A stretch of 63,955 bases of DNA, the filler included, from Octopus bimaculoides (lineage: Eukaryota), in the NCBI RefSeq assembly GCF_001194135.2. It is 6 parts of 6 records of this genome, joined end to end, with 100 filler letters (N's around TTAATTAATTAA, not from the genome) between each part and the next. Parts side by side here need not be neighbours in the genome. Positions count along the whole stretch, not along the records: positions 2,582 to 20,895 come from NC_068985.1; positions 20,996 to 29,582 come from NC_068986.1; 4 more parts are not named here. One strand, written 5' to 3'. The translations under genes were made by a program, and so were the position numbers. The notes beneath the pieces were generated by a model. That model worked only from the letters and a program-made list of their open reading frames with translations, searched no databases and was not told where the DNA came from. Of the stretch, positions 13,529 through 26,378 are shown one piece after another. Numbering within the stretch: position 1 is the first letter of the stretch; every line of letters starts with the position of its first letter.

Positions 13529-14416
13529 TAAACTTGGTTTCGTTGGATTCATAAATGTGCATTCACAAATTTGGTTTCAAAAATATGGATTCCGAAATTT
13601 GCTTTCATAAATCTAGCGTCGCAAATATGGTTTTTCGAACCTTAGACATAAACATAAGTAAAATTCATGTCAAAGCAAACATTTCAAATAAAAGTTCATG
13701 ACACAAAACGGCTGCCAGACTACATCAATAATTATAGTTAAAAACAATAAATAGTCAAACAAATAATCTAGTTTGCTTTAAATTCACGCAAAACTGCTTC
13801 ATACAAGCATGCTGAGTAACCATTAGACGAAATTTACAGTTTAGTTGTCTCATACAAAAAAATTAGCTACCTGAAAAATTCAAGTCATACACCCTCTAGC
13901 TATTTATACACATTTTTCGACATTTAACTTAACAGAAAATAGCTAGCAAAATTACTACACAACCTGCTACAAATGCAAGGTTCAAAATTCACATAAATAT
14001 TGCAATAACATAACTTAAGAGACTTTTATACTCACCCAGATGTGATACAGAAATTATTTAAATCTGACAAGCAAAAGTTCTGGCGAATTCCTGGAGCATA
14101 AAATAAATCCATAAACGCCTAACAAAAAGCACAAACTGCATAAACGAAGCAGGCAATTATAGCTTCTAGAATCTAATTGAACAACCTTGTCTCACAGAAA
14201 AAACTTTAACTGTCACAAAAAAACTGGGTGTACAATTATCTCTGCTTATAAAGGTTTCCTAAGGTCTAGCCAATTTGTCAGAGTTTCACAGTTTGGCTAT
14301 TAACACCTAACATCCCCCATTTTGACAATGGACTTCATCCTGACCTTAAGGTGCAGCATGCACCTGTTAACATTATACGATAAAACGTTTTTATCGTTTT
14401 TATAATTTTATAACAA

Positions 14417-14454
<38 letters not shown>

Positions 14455-14455
<1 letters not shown>

Positions 14456-14757
14456 TTCGACACCGAAACGATGAAAGGCAAAGTCGACCTCGGCGGAATT
14501 TGAACTCAGAACGTAACGGCAGACGAAATACCGCTAAGCATTTCACCCGGCGTGCTAACGTTTCTGCCAGCTCGCCGCCCTTGCTAACATTTCTGCCACC
14601 TCACCGCTTCTTTCAGTTTCTGTCTACTAAATCCACTCACAAAGCTTTGGTCGTGTCAAGACTATAGTAGAAGACACGCAAAGTGCCTCGCAGTGAGACT
14701 GAGCCCGGAACCATGAGGTTGTGAAGCAAACTTCTTGGCACACAGCCACGTTTGTGC
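14455..14757 (-). mobile_element. Adjacent SINE C head (14455-14579) and SINE B 5' half (14607-14757)
   Basis: GGCAAAGTCGACCTCGGCGGAATTTGAACTCAGAAC..CTCGCCGCC, then TTTCAGTTTCTGTCTACTAAATCCACTCAC..CACAGCCAC. Confidence 0.8.
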
Positions 14758-15754
14758 CTTCCTAGTTTTTATAAAACCAAGCTGATTTATGTTCTGTTTC
14801 GAGGCCTGTATAGACCAATGCGTGTTATGTATGCATTACTGAGAAAGAGAAAAAAATTTTGGGAGAGGATAAGTAACTTATGTTTGTAAATGTATGTATT
14901 GTTGTGTGACTGTTTCTGTGTGCATGTGTGTGTTTTCTGAGTGTGTTAATTGTTTGCGTGTATGTGTGCGTATGTATATGTGTTTGCGTGGGCGCGCCCG
15001 TTTGTGTATGCGTGTGTGTATGCCTCGTTGTGCTTTTGTCCGTGTGTGCCTGGATGTTTATGTTTGTACGCCTATGATCTGCTGTCTGTATCTAGCCGGA
15101 ACCTATAATTTGATAATCTTTAAAAGTAAAGAGATAAAAGAGCTAACTGTTTTAAATTGTTGCTGAAAGAGATAATTCGTTAAAGCACCCGATAAAATGA
15201 CTTGTAAATAGTTTTGTGTACGAAAAAAATGTTATCTAGACCCAAATTTATAGACTGAGAAAGTGAAAAGTTGTAAATCTTTCGTTTTATCTTAGGCTGT
15301 ACATCAATGACTACAGAATAACATTATAATTATTAATCAATGCTCCTGGCAAAGAATCGAAACCTGAGGTTAGGATGGATGCCTCATCAATGTATCATAG
15401 TGACCACTACTTGTAGTAGCAATTGCAGCTATAAACATAAAAATAGTGTTAATGTAATTGATATATCCTGTTCCGAGCAGAAAAGCATATCAGTGAGACA
15501 TGATAAATATGTATAAACATTTTACAATTAGAAGCTGGAAAGATGTGAAACATGGAGACAATGGTGACTCTCCCTGAGTATGTTTATTTAGCTGTCAATA
15601 TCAATTTTCATTGCTATTGGAGTAATTAGGATGGAAGCAAGGAAAACAATACATAATCATATCTGCAACCTAAACAACAACGACAACATCAGCAAAAAAA
15701 CAACAAAAAAAAATCCAGAAAAATAAACATCAGAAACGACAATAAAAAAAGAAA

Positions 15755-15756
<2 letters not shown>

Positions 15757-15840
<84 letters not shown>
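15757..15840. repeat. (CAT)n(CAG)n trinucleotide microsatellite
   Basis: Direct reading. Confidence 0.95.
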
Positions 15841-15841
<1 letters not shown>

Positions 15842-16721
15842 GAGTATGATCGATTATTAGCATTGCATAAATAACCAAAATGGAAGAAACCAAAAATAAC
15901 CCGGATGTATAGAAAATGGTGTAAAAGGGAATTGTAATAATAAAAAAAAAAGAAGATTGTAAACATAACTTCTTCAGTTGATTTATTAGCTCCCTCTTAT
16001 TGCTCTCAGCTGAGCACATATGTCAATATTTCTTCCTATCTATTACGCATCACTATTGCTTTACTGGCAGCTGTAAAACCTGCAGTCAACGCAAATCAAA
16101 TTACCCAGTGCAAACTGTTAAGAAACATACCTTATACACAATAATTCACTTTATTCTTATTCTATTAAATTTTAGAGAAAAGCAAACAGAAAGAAAACAA
16201 CGAAGCAAAAGAAAAAGAAAAACTGCTGTTTCACGGATTCTCAGTGAATTTATTATTTCTTCGAACCCGTCAAGTATTATTTCTATGTTGTTTTAACCTT
16301 ATACTTTAACTTTTAGTTTTATCAAGTGTCATTATAAATCTCAATTTTAACAGATGCTTTATCAAGTGGATGGTAATTAAATTAATGTATTCTGTAAGTA
16401 CATAAGTGTAAGAACGCACCAGTCATCACGGCTAAAAATTATGTTTTGAATTTTTTCCTTGGAGATTTCGAATATTTCATTGAAACGAAACCTAAATCCT
16501 TGAACCCTCATCTTACACGCGTTTATATTTTTGACCCTAGGCCTCATTATCATTGAGGACCACTTATGGCGAATGCTCATCCTTAATATATTTAGGAACG
16601 CATCTCAAAGTCAAAGATTAGCCCTCCTCTTAGGAACCAGATGCTACTTCATCCCCTAACGATTGCTAAACTCAGGTGGGATCTACAGGGGCTTACTATT
16701 ATATTTACGACAGTGCTATCA

Positions 16722-17108
16722 TTGTTGTCGGCACTCCGTCGGTTACGACGACGAGGGTTCCAGTTGATCCGATCAACGGAATATCCTGCTCGTGAAATTA
16801 ACGTGCAAGTGGCTGAGCACTCCACAGACACGTGTACCCTTAACGCAGTTCTCGGGGAGGGTCAGCGTGACACAGAGTGTGACAAGGCTGGCCCTTTGAA
16901 ATACAGATACAACAGATAGAGGAAGAAAGTGTGAGAGAAAGTTGTGGTGAAAGAGTACAGCAGGGTTCGCCACCATCCCCTGCCGGAGCCTTGTGGAACT
17001 TTAAGAGTTTTCGCTCAATAAACACTCATAACGCCCGGTCTGGGAATCGAAACCGCAATCCTACGACCGTGAGTCCGCTGCCCTAACCACTGGGCCATTG
17101 CGCCTCCA
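16722..17108 (-). mobile_element. tRNA-derived SINE family A, full length
   Basis: Head GGAGGCGCAATGGCCCAGTGG (A box)..GGTTTCGATTCCC (B box); TSD GCTATCA(T/A)TGT at 16715-16725 and 17110-17120. Confidence 0.92.
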
Positions 17109-17513
17109 CGCTATCAATGTATACACAGAATAATCCTATCATCCTATTGGAAATTAATACTTGTGTATAAAACATGCTTGAGTGAACCAATGAGATCCTT
17201 CTATGCAATCACTCGGCTTGCTATATATGATAACCAAATCTCCCTCAAAAGAAGAACACGATTGACAAAAAGTCACATTCATGATCGACACTTTGTTTCG
17301 TGGACTTGCTCTCTCCTCATTTCTTTTTACCCTTTTCTTTTATTCCTTCCACACAAAAGGCCACTTCTCGCTTTTACACACCACATCATCCATGTCGTGT
17401 CCAAACTACGCCCCGGCCCTGCACCGGTCTGAATAAGTAAAATTGTTGGCTCGACCATACAAATGTTTTAAATATTAGTAACTTGCTGGACTTTACCCAT
17501 TATCTAGTAGATC

Positions 17514-17910
17514 GAGGCGCAATGGCCCAGTGTTTAGGGCAGCGGACTCGCGGTCATAAGATCGCGGTTTCGATTCCCAGACCGGGCGTTGTGAGTGTTT
17601 ATTGAGCGAAAATACCTAAAGCTCCACGAGGCTCCGGCAGGGGATGGTGGTGAATCCTGCTGTACTCTTTCACCACAACTTTCTCTCACTCTTACTTCCT
17701 ATTACTGTTGTGGCTGTAATTCAAGGGGTTAGCCTTGTCACACTCTGTGTCACGCTGAATATCCCCGAGAACTACGTTAAGGGTACACGTGTCTGTGGAG
17801 TGCTCAGTCACTTGCACGTTAATTTCACGAGCAGGCTGTTCCATTGATCGGATCAAGTGGAACCCTCGATCTCGTAAGCGACGGAGTGCCAACAACAACA
17901 ACAACAACAA
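17514..17910 (+). mobile_element. tRNA-derived SINE family A, full length, (CAA)n tail
   Basis: A and B boxes; perfect 10-bp TSD AGTAGATCGA at 17506-17515 and 17911-17920. Confidence 0.95.
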
Positions 17911-18518
17911 AGTAGATCGAATAACACTACATTGTTCTTGAAATATATTAACGGATTTTTTTTTTCTTTGCGAACATTCAGAACAAATTTTCGATTCCCT
18001 CCACTTCACATTATGCTGTAGAAATTGACCTGCAACAGTCCAGGTTTGGTATCGACCTCAAGAACATCATCAGACATGATGCGTATACAATTGTTATGAT
18101 GATCACTGCCATCTTCTTTCTCTGAGAAACAACACGAAAAGTATTTCAATGATTTGCAGCGTGGAGCTGAAATGCAGCCATCAATAGTATTTGGATTGGA
18201 TCAATCTGAAATGCATCATTGATAAGCAAATATTTATAAATCTATAAATTTAGCAAAAGTGAAGCAGCAATGCGAAACTATTGTATCTGTTCGCACTTGC
18301 GAAACAAAAACCAAATATTGATTTCGATGCTTACAAGATGCGACGGGTATTTGAGGACATTTAATTATCGGTAAATATCTGTCTTCAAACCAGTTACACA
18401 GTTCTTGTTCTCACAATTGACAAATAACACATTTACACACACACACTAAACGCAAAAACACAAAAATCTTAACTCGTGAATAAATATAAAAACCCATAAA
18501 TAAACAAACGTATACACA

Positions 18519-18615
<97 letters not shown>

Positions 18616-18616
<1 letters not shown>

Positions 18617-18760
18617 GGCGCAGAGCTGGCTGTGTGGTAATAAATTTGCTTCTCCGCCACATGGTTCCGGGTTCTACGTGGCAACTTGGACAAGTGTCTT
18701 CTGCTATGGTTTCACGTCAACTAAATCCTTGTGAGTGGGTCTGAAAGACAAGCGCGGAAG
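18616..18760 (+). mobile_element. SINE family B, 5' half, decayed
   Basis: GGCGCAGAGCTGGCTGTGTGGTAA..TGGTTCCGGGTTC..GGACAAGTGTCTTCTGCTAT. Confidence 0.75.
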
Positions 18761-19731
18761 ACAGAGATCAGACTTAATTGAATGTGGTTCAGAATTATCA
18801 CCGCCGTACACATTGGAATCAAACGAAGTGGGTGGAAATATTGGATCCAAAGCATAAAAATGAATCCTATAGAAGCATGAAGTATTTAGGTAATGACGTT
18901 TGAAGATTAGGAGTCTTGGATACGAAGCGGACGACGAGGAGAAATCTACATCTAGGGGAGGAAAGTAGAAAGAGCCACGGACTCATCTCGGGAAGAAGGA
19001 ACTATTAATGGTCATATCAAGCGTGATTAGGGAACAGTAATTAGAAAATGACTGGGCGACAAAGAATAAAGAACATGAAGGCTATCTAAACTTATTTAAT
19101 TAAAAAGCGTTCATTGAAAATATATAACCAAAAACTTATTTCTATTTTATAAGAAAAAGAAACGAACGACTGCTTTGTCAGAGAAGGAAGGGCAGCATCT
19201 ATCGTAATCCTTTCTGTATAAGTCTTCGTAGACTGAAGGGAAGCAGTAACTTTTAAACCGGAACAAAGTAAGGACCCACGATAATTTGACAATTTTGGTA
19301 ATAACCAATTTCACCATTTATTTTATCGACCTCGTGAAGGCGAAAGGAATAGTTAACAGATTTGAACACAGAGAGCAGGAAAACGGAACAAGTACCTCAA
19401 GGCTTTTAGTTTTGCACTTTGACACCTCTTCCCATTCACTGCTAATGTATAGCTCATTGACGTAATATATAAGGTTTTGGCATTCAGCTTCATTCTGACA
19501 AATTTTGCTTTAAAGCACTCGAGGGGGTAAGTTTTATCAATTATCATTTTTCACAATTGGAGGAAAAAAAAATATTCATATCGTATCCAATTATTCTGAA
19601 AGCAAAACGTGACAAATTAACTGAGAAAATGTTAAATTAATGTTAACAAATTTAATCTTGAGAGCAGCAATAAAATGAAATTAAAAATACTTATGCGATG
19701 AATAATCTCATTTTAATAATTTGGGTAAATA

Positions 19732-19945
19732 AGGCGGCGCGATGGCAGAAGCGTTAGCGCGCCGCGCAAAATGTTTAGCGCTATTTCGTCTGTCTTTGAA
19801 TTTTGCATTCAAATTCCAATGAGGTTGACTTTGCCTTTCTTCGACTAAACACTCAATTAAACGAATACCAGTCGAACATTGGGATCGATGTAATCACCAT
19901 AGTCAGTCCCCTGAAAATGTTGGCATTGTTCCAACATTTGAAATT
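19732..19945 (+). mobile_element. SINE family C
   Basis: GGCGGCGCGATGGCAGAAGCGTTAGC..TTCAAATTCC..GGTTGACTTTGCCTTTC..GGGATCGATGTAATC. Confidence 0.75.
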
Positions 19946-20125
19946 AATAATTTGTGTATGTAGGGTAGATAACCCTGGACATACTAGGACATAAATAGTT
20001 CTCGGCTGAAGCAGATGTAAGAGAATCAATCAATCGATGTACACTATTGTACAATTAAAACATTAAATTATTGAGAGTAATTACGAAAAGATACTACTCA
20101 TTAGAAAAGCAATAGCTAATCCCTT

Positions 20126-20340
20126 TTATTCTTTTACTTGTTTCAGTCATTTGATTGTGGCCATGCTGGAGCACCGCCTTTAGTCGAGAAAATTGACCCG
20201 AGGACTTATTCTTTGTAAGCCTAGTACTTATTCTATCGGTCTCTATTTACCGAACCTCTAAGTTACGGGGACGTAAGCACACCAGCATCGGTTGTCAAGC
20301 GATGGTTGGCGGACAAACACAGACACACAAACACACACAC
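20126..20340 (-). mobile_element. SINE family B, 3' half
   Basis: CTTGTTTCAGTCATTTG..GGCCATGCTGGAGCACCGCCTTTAG..CGGTTGTCAAGCGATGG. Confidence 0.85.
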
Positions 20341-21753
20341 ACATACACACACACACACCCACACACACACACGCACACGCACGATATGAATCAACTGTAT
20401 ACAGTAATGAATATATAAGAATCTGCTATTGCATTACGTCATTAGCTGCCGAATGAGAACTTATCTGAAGGTACAGTAAGGAAAGAGAGTGAAAGGAGGA
20501 GGAGAGAGGACTGAGAGGGAAGAGGGAAACGTTTAACAAGAGTCACTTTGTGTGTATGTTTGAGTATGCAGATGTGAGTATTAGTTTGTGAGTGTGTGTG
20601 TGAGTTTGTGTATGTGTGTGTGTATGTGTTTTTCCGTGCGTGCGTAAGCCTCTTTATGCAGATGTGTGTATGTGAATGTACGAGTGTTTCTATTAGTGTA
20701 TGTGATCAAGTGATAGCGAGTAACAAACAAGATGTATATAGTGATGAGTAGAAGCAAGTAAACAACTTGAAATGATAAATCTATTAAGGTAAGGGACAAA
20801 TGGTGTGTTGCTTTATGTATGTATGTATGTATGTATGTATGTACGTATGTATGTATTTATGTATGCATATATATACATACATGTATATACATACGNNNNN
20901 NNNNNNNNNNNNNNNNNNNNNNNNNNNNNNNNNNNNNNNTTAATTAATTAANNNNNNNNNNNNNNNNNNNNNNNNNNNNNNNNNNNNNNNNNNNNTATGT
21001 ATGTATGTATGTATGTAATGTATGTATATACACACAAATATATATATGGTAGTACAATAAATAGAAATCAAAATCTGAGTATACGCATGCAAGCACCCAC
21101 CCACACACCCACCCACTCACTCACAATAATTTCGTATAAAGCACGTATTACTGCCATAACGCCAACCTTAAGATAGCGTGATAGTCTTAAATAGATGAAA
21201 TAAACCAACTTACCTTGTTTTATTTAGTTGGAGATATCCTAGCAATTAGCTGTTATTGTTTGCTGGAAAGACACCAGTAGCAGAGTTGTGTTCAAACCAG
21301 TGTTTGAATGTGGTCTCACACTTTGTAGAATTAAGTATCTTCTTTCAGATTATTTAAGATCATTCATGATTATTTGAATGCAGCTTGAGCAATCAAACGA
21401 CGAGTTGAGTATCTAAATATAATTGCTGACGAAAAACAAGTTCTGTGTGATAAAATCCAATGTTTTGCATTTGTAATGCTTTCTTAAATATTTCGTTGAC
21501 TGCTGTCTGCATTTATGAATTTACTTTGATCATCGTTCTTAACAGTTGGTTAACCCCAATTTGTTCGTTGACTTGTTTTTTGAGTCTTGTTTCTTCTTTT
21601 TCTATGCATCAGTTCCCAAACCGTATGCAGGACATCGACCTAATGGGATAGTTATGGAAGAAATTGCTGGGAAGTCTGGGGTTTACTTAAACTCTTACTT
21701 CGATTTTTAAAATATAGAAAATATAATGGTTTACTCATGTTATAAGACACCAT

Positions 21754-22500
21754 TTTTTTTGCTTGCCCTTAACCCTCCAACGCGGAGTATAGGCCACTTA
21801 TAATTGAATTCCATGTCGCATAATTTTTCGCTTCTGTACTTATACTCTGCCATGAATGTCCCTCTTTCTCTAGTTCCTTTTGCGTTGATCTACGCCACGG
21901 GTACTTAAGCCTACCCCTGTTTCTTTATCCATCCGGATTCCACTGTAAAGCACTTTTTGCTACATTTGGTGTGTCCTCTCTAATTGTGCTACCAATCCAC
22001 TTCCACTTTTTCTTAAATATTTGCTCCCTAATCGAAACTTGATTCGTTCTTTGCCATAGTTCCTTATTGCTTATGTGTTTGGGCAATCTAATTTTAAGTA
22101 TACTACGCAAGCATCTATTGATGAATGATTATATTTGCTTATTTGACTTAACTGTTGTTCACCATGTCTCAGCCCCATGCAATAACACCGTTTTTACGTT
22201 AGTGTTAAAAATTCTTATTTTGTTCTTTATTGAAATTACACTTGCGCTCCATACTTTTTTTAACAGGTGAGAAGCGGTCCTTGCCTTACTTATTCTCGTG
22301 TTAATATCTTCGTCGGTGCCGCTTGAGAACGTTATCTTACTAGCTAAATAGCGTAAATATTTCGAAAATTTAGCAACGACAGCAGAAAGTGCAGCTCAGC
22401 GCCAGAATATGCAAGAGCTGTACAACACGACTAAATTACTATCCGGAAAGAGAGTAAGAGTAGAAAAGGTAGTAAAAGGGAAGGATGGCCGGACGCTAAC
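21754..22500 (-). mobile_element. RTE-clade LINE, 5'-truncated, with 5' inversion and 12-bp TSD
   Basis: Minus 22362-21770: YLASKITFSSGTDEDINTRISKART..NVKTVLLHGAETW..CLRSILKIRLPKHISNKELWQRTNQ..KKWKWIG..ALQWNPDG plus short polyA. Plus 22355-22500: KYFENLATTAESAAQRQNMQELYNTTKLLSGK. TSD ATAAGACACCAT at 21742-21753 and 22501-22512. Confidence 0.9.
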
Positions 22501-25028
22501 ATAAGACACCATGGTAATAAAAAACTCTATGAAGTGAACTGCAAAAAGTCTTCAGAGAAGAGGGCCCCCGTTCATATAACTGCTTCGAAGCGTAACTTCA
22601 CACACAGTCATGACTTCTGGATACCTCTCTGTTGCTATATTTTGTTACTGTTTGTGTTTTAGCTCGCATCTTTGGTGGTCAGATATTCCAGAACCAAGAT
22701 ACTTTGGATATCGTAACCACTTCAGCCTGAGATTCATGTATACTGAATATAGTCAGCATCCACCAAGATCTACATTAAAAAACGGACAGAGAGAAGCTGG
22801 CAAACGCGAAGTTGGTTGATGACCTGAAAAGATAGATGGAGGCAGTTGTGTCTCTATGGCCATCTTAAAGATACGGATTTTGATTATTTCGTATAAATAA
22901 CATCAACATGAAATTGCAGCTGTGAAATACTATCAATAAAAGACGACTAACAAGCTGATAAACGTAAGAAAACCTAATAACATGTCCGACACCTTATCTA
23001 TTTTCTGTAATTCACTTCACAGCAAGGATGAAAAGAAGGCTATCTTCGCATCATTCTCAATTTAGTTTTAGTATTTGTAGTGACGTCATATTGGCGTGGA
23101 TTTCAACATCCAAGCGTTCCCGCTTCTATTCTGTCTCTTTCCCCGCAGACAGCGACCAAGCAAGACGTCTAAGCAGGCTCTCTCATTTGAGTGTGGTTGA
23201 ACGAAGCTGTCTCTGCAACGACACCAGCTCGAGGAACAATACATCTATATTTCAGGCTACTCGGAAACCGGACAATTGGAAGCTGTTTTATTTTCCACCA
23301 TACAATAAATATTTGTTGTTGTTGATCAGATTGGAGTTTCTGCGTTCAGTTCACTTCTAATTTAACATAGGAAAGTTAGGTGTACATCTAATGATGTATA
23401 ACCCACTTTCCTAAATATTTATTTCCTTTTGAGTTTGTCCTCTCATTAGTGTTGCATTTCTTCTCTCAGTATGACGACTTTTGTTCCATTTTCTTCTTTG
23501 CTATCAACCGTACTGGGGACAGCCAGAATCAGCAAACAAATACGGCTTGGTAATATTTGTCACGCTTTCGCTAATTGTTTTAGATGGCTAGGTAATCACG
23601 AACGAACACATGCACAGATACCTTCTCGATTTTCTCACACTTTGACTTAGCGGTACATCCAAGATGTGACAAGTGGAGGCTGTACATGCCCTTTGCCTGC
23701 TATTAATTTCAACTGAGAAGACTCGAGCAACATGAAATGAAGCACCTTGCTCAAGAACCTAATGTACCGCCCGGTCTGTATTTATTCTGGGTAATGTATT
23801 AGAATGTGTGTGTTAATGTAAATGAAGGGTACGGGACAGAGTAGGGGACAAAGTTCTGTAAGGAACCCCACTCAGTGGCAATCTTTCGTTTTATGAACAT
23901 GTAATGGCGAAGAATAAAAGTGACAGAACGTGCAATGAATGAAAGTGAATAAATAAATAAATAAATAATTGCATAACCGTTAATAATCGGCAATGATTAA
24001 AAATCGTCAATAAAACGAAACCGAATTTTTTTCTGTGAAACTTAGAGCTAATATTTTTATATCAAAAAAGAAAAAAAATGGTCGAACATTGCTAACTTAA
24101 AAGCACCTTTAAGAATCATATAGGTCGGGATCGATGATCGCTATCTCAGAGAAAATAACCATCTACTATGAGATATTTATTGCAGATCTAAAGATTGAAT
24201 TATACTCAATATATATATATTTTTGTAATGGCGGCGAATTGGCTTTTGTCAACTGCTAAACATGCTCTCAAGTACCCATTATCAAATTATAAGCTTCCAA
24301 ATGGATTAATGCTTATGAACGCTGAGAAATTATGGCAAATCATTGGATCTCGCCACCATCTTTATTATATGTCTTATCTCTGTTTCTTGAAAACTTCCTT
24401 CTATAAATGTTCTTTCATTCTGTTCATCTTGTAACTCAGAATATTTTAAATATAATTTCCCATTTGCGTCCGCAAATATTTTAAATTCACAATTTCATCA
24501 CACATTTTTATTCATATCCATGCATTTCTATATCCATTTATCTTCCACCCATTCCACATTTTCCTCAGTCTCTTTTTTTTTTTCAATGAATATCGAATTG
24601 TGGTTGCTTTATATTCCCAAATAAGCCGAATGGGCTTTTTCTTTATCAAATCGAACTTTATTAAGTTATTCAAATACTTTTTATTACAAACTCTATTTCA
24701 TACCGTTTCTCTTGTTGTATTGGACTCAATCTCCGAAGATAGGAAACTAGGTACTGCGAATAACGGTTTGTGAAGTTTCCAGCATAAAATGAATATACTA
24801 AAAGACTCTACTTTTAGTATCACTTCTCTATTTCTTATTCATACTGTTTCACAAGGTTCAGGTTTCCCTTCAGTTTATTAAATCAGTAAATTATAATAGT
24901 GAAGGCGAGCATTTTTAACCCGGCGTGTCAAAATTTGTCATCAATGATCTTTAATATTATTCATCTTGTCACGGTGGGTTAGGGTTAGGGCGATTCACGT
25001 TGCTTATGTCGCAGTGAATGCGTTACAG

Positions 25029-25200
25029 CAGGCATGGGCAACTCTTTTCGAGAAGCGGGTTGCATAAGATATGACTCATTGACATCCATCATCGATATGA
25101 CTCATCATCAGGCAAGTAGCATTACTAAATACATTTTCGGTAGTTTTTCGTTCGGCGTGCCATTCAAAAAGTCCCGTGGGCTACAGTTTGCCCGTGACTG
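25029..25200. mobile_element. hAT-type MITE
   Basis: TIRs CAGGCATGGGCAACT / AGTTTGCCCGTGACTG; perfect 8-bp TSD CGTTACAG at 25021-25028 and 25201-25208. Confidence 0.92.
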
Positions 25201-25439
25201 CGTTACAGTGTCTAGCCAGTACGCTACTATCTACTATTTACCGTATTCTGATGGCATAAAATACTCAAGGGCATGTAACACGTACCTCAGTTTCAGCAGC
25301 GCATATGCAATATGCAATAAAGCATGGATCCCTAATCACCGGGTCACAGAAAGAATTGGTACCAGACCGCACAGAAAGATAAAAAAAAATTAATTCTATT
25401 TAAATTTTTTTGATTATCGCAATCTGCAGGGTGTTTTTT

Positions 25440-25725
25440 GCATTATTCCTCAACAGGCCCTGCCCTGTTTAACATTGTCCCGAAACAGATAAAAGAGGAA
25501 AAGGATCCTATCAGCTTTAAACGGAGTCTAGACAGTTTTCTTTAAAGAATACCAGACAAGCCACCCATACCTGGATACAACTCACTCAATAAGAACTCAC
25601 TACTTGAATAGACCATAAACAAAACTTGACTGTAAAAAGGATTTAGATAATCCTATCAGGTGGTGCTATTAAGTTAGACATGGCCTGGACCAATCTTTGG
25701 TCGAAACATATCTAAGTTTTATATG
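25440..25725 (+). mobile_element. CR1-like LINE 3' end
   Basis: TGPALFNIVPKQIKEEKDPISFKRSLDSFL*RIPDKPPIPGYNSLNKNSLLE, followed by a UTR-like tail. Confidence 0.75.
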
Positions 25726-26169
25726 TATTATATACTTAATAATTAAATTTGATTTTATGCACATTGTTATGTTTTGTTTTGCGCGTGACATTTCCCACCA
25801 GTCCCTGGAAAAAATTGTCTTGCACGAAAGTGGTCTGTGATGCAAAGATGGTTGGGGACCACGACACTAAAGCATTTAATATAGGACGCGAGGTGATTTT
25901 TTTATTTAGTTTTTTGGTGGGATGTTGGGGGAAGGAAAGTGCGTCTTATATGCTATCAATACAGTACTTTATTATCGTTACTAAATACCTTCGTTCCTTA
26001 GCAACTTCATTTCCCAGAAAAATATTAATTTCTAAAGAAAACAGTTTCACTTCGTTTAAATAGGAAAATACTTTTACTTTCATGCTACTCTGAAAACAAA
26101 GTGACAGACATTTAGACGACAATAAAGGCATTTTTATTACTTGTTACTGTTTTTCTCTAATCATTTGCG

Positions 26170-26378
26170 AGCTGGCTGTATCGTTAGTCCGCCGAGCAAA
26201 ATTCAGAGTGGCATTTTTTACCTGCTTTACGTTTTTAGTTCGAATTCCGCCGACGTCGGTTTTGCCTTTCATTCTTTCGGGGTCGACAAAATAAGAACCA
26301 GTCTACCACTAGGGTCGATGTAATCAACTAACCCTTTCGCTTAAAATTTCAGCTTTGTGCCTAAAGTAGAAAGAATTA
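26170..26378 (+). mobile_element. SINE family C
   Basis: GAGCTGGCTGTATCGTTAG..TTCGAATTCCGCCGACGTCGGTTTTGCCTTTCATTCTTTCGGGGTCGAC. Confidence 0.8.

Noticed and set aside
13860-16230. Minus-strand splice-like sites (TGG|GTGAGT at 14036/14035, AAG|GTATGT near 16131, TTTTTCAG near 13871)
   Set aside because: No coherent reading frame or exon chain could be built; such motifs are expected by chance.
17982-18135. Short frames, including signal-peptide-like MAVIIITIVYASCLMMFLRSIPNLDC on minus
   Set aside because: Stops soon after, has only a weak donor, and shows no recognisable homology.
24976-24990. GGGTTAGGGTTAGGG telomere-like repeat
   Set aside because: Only two full TTAGGG units; too short to call an interstitial telomere or a Helitron-type end.
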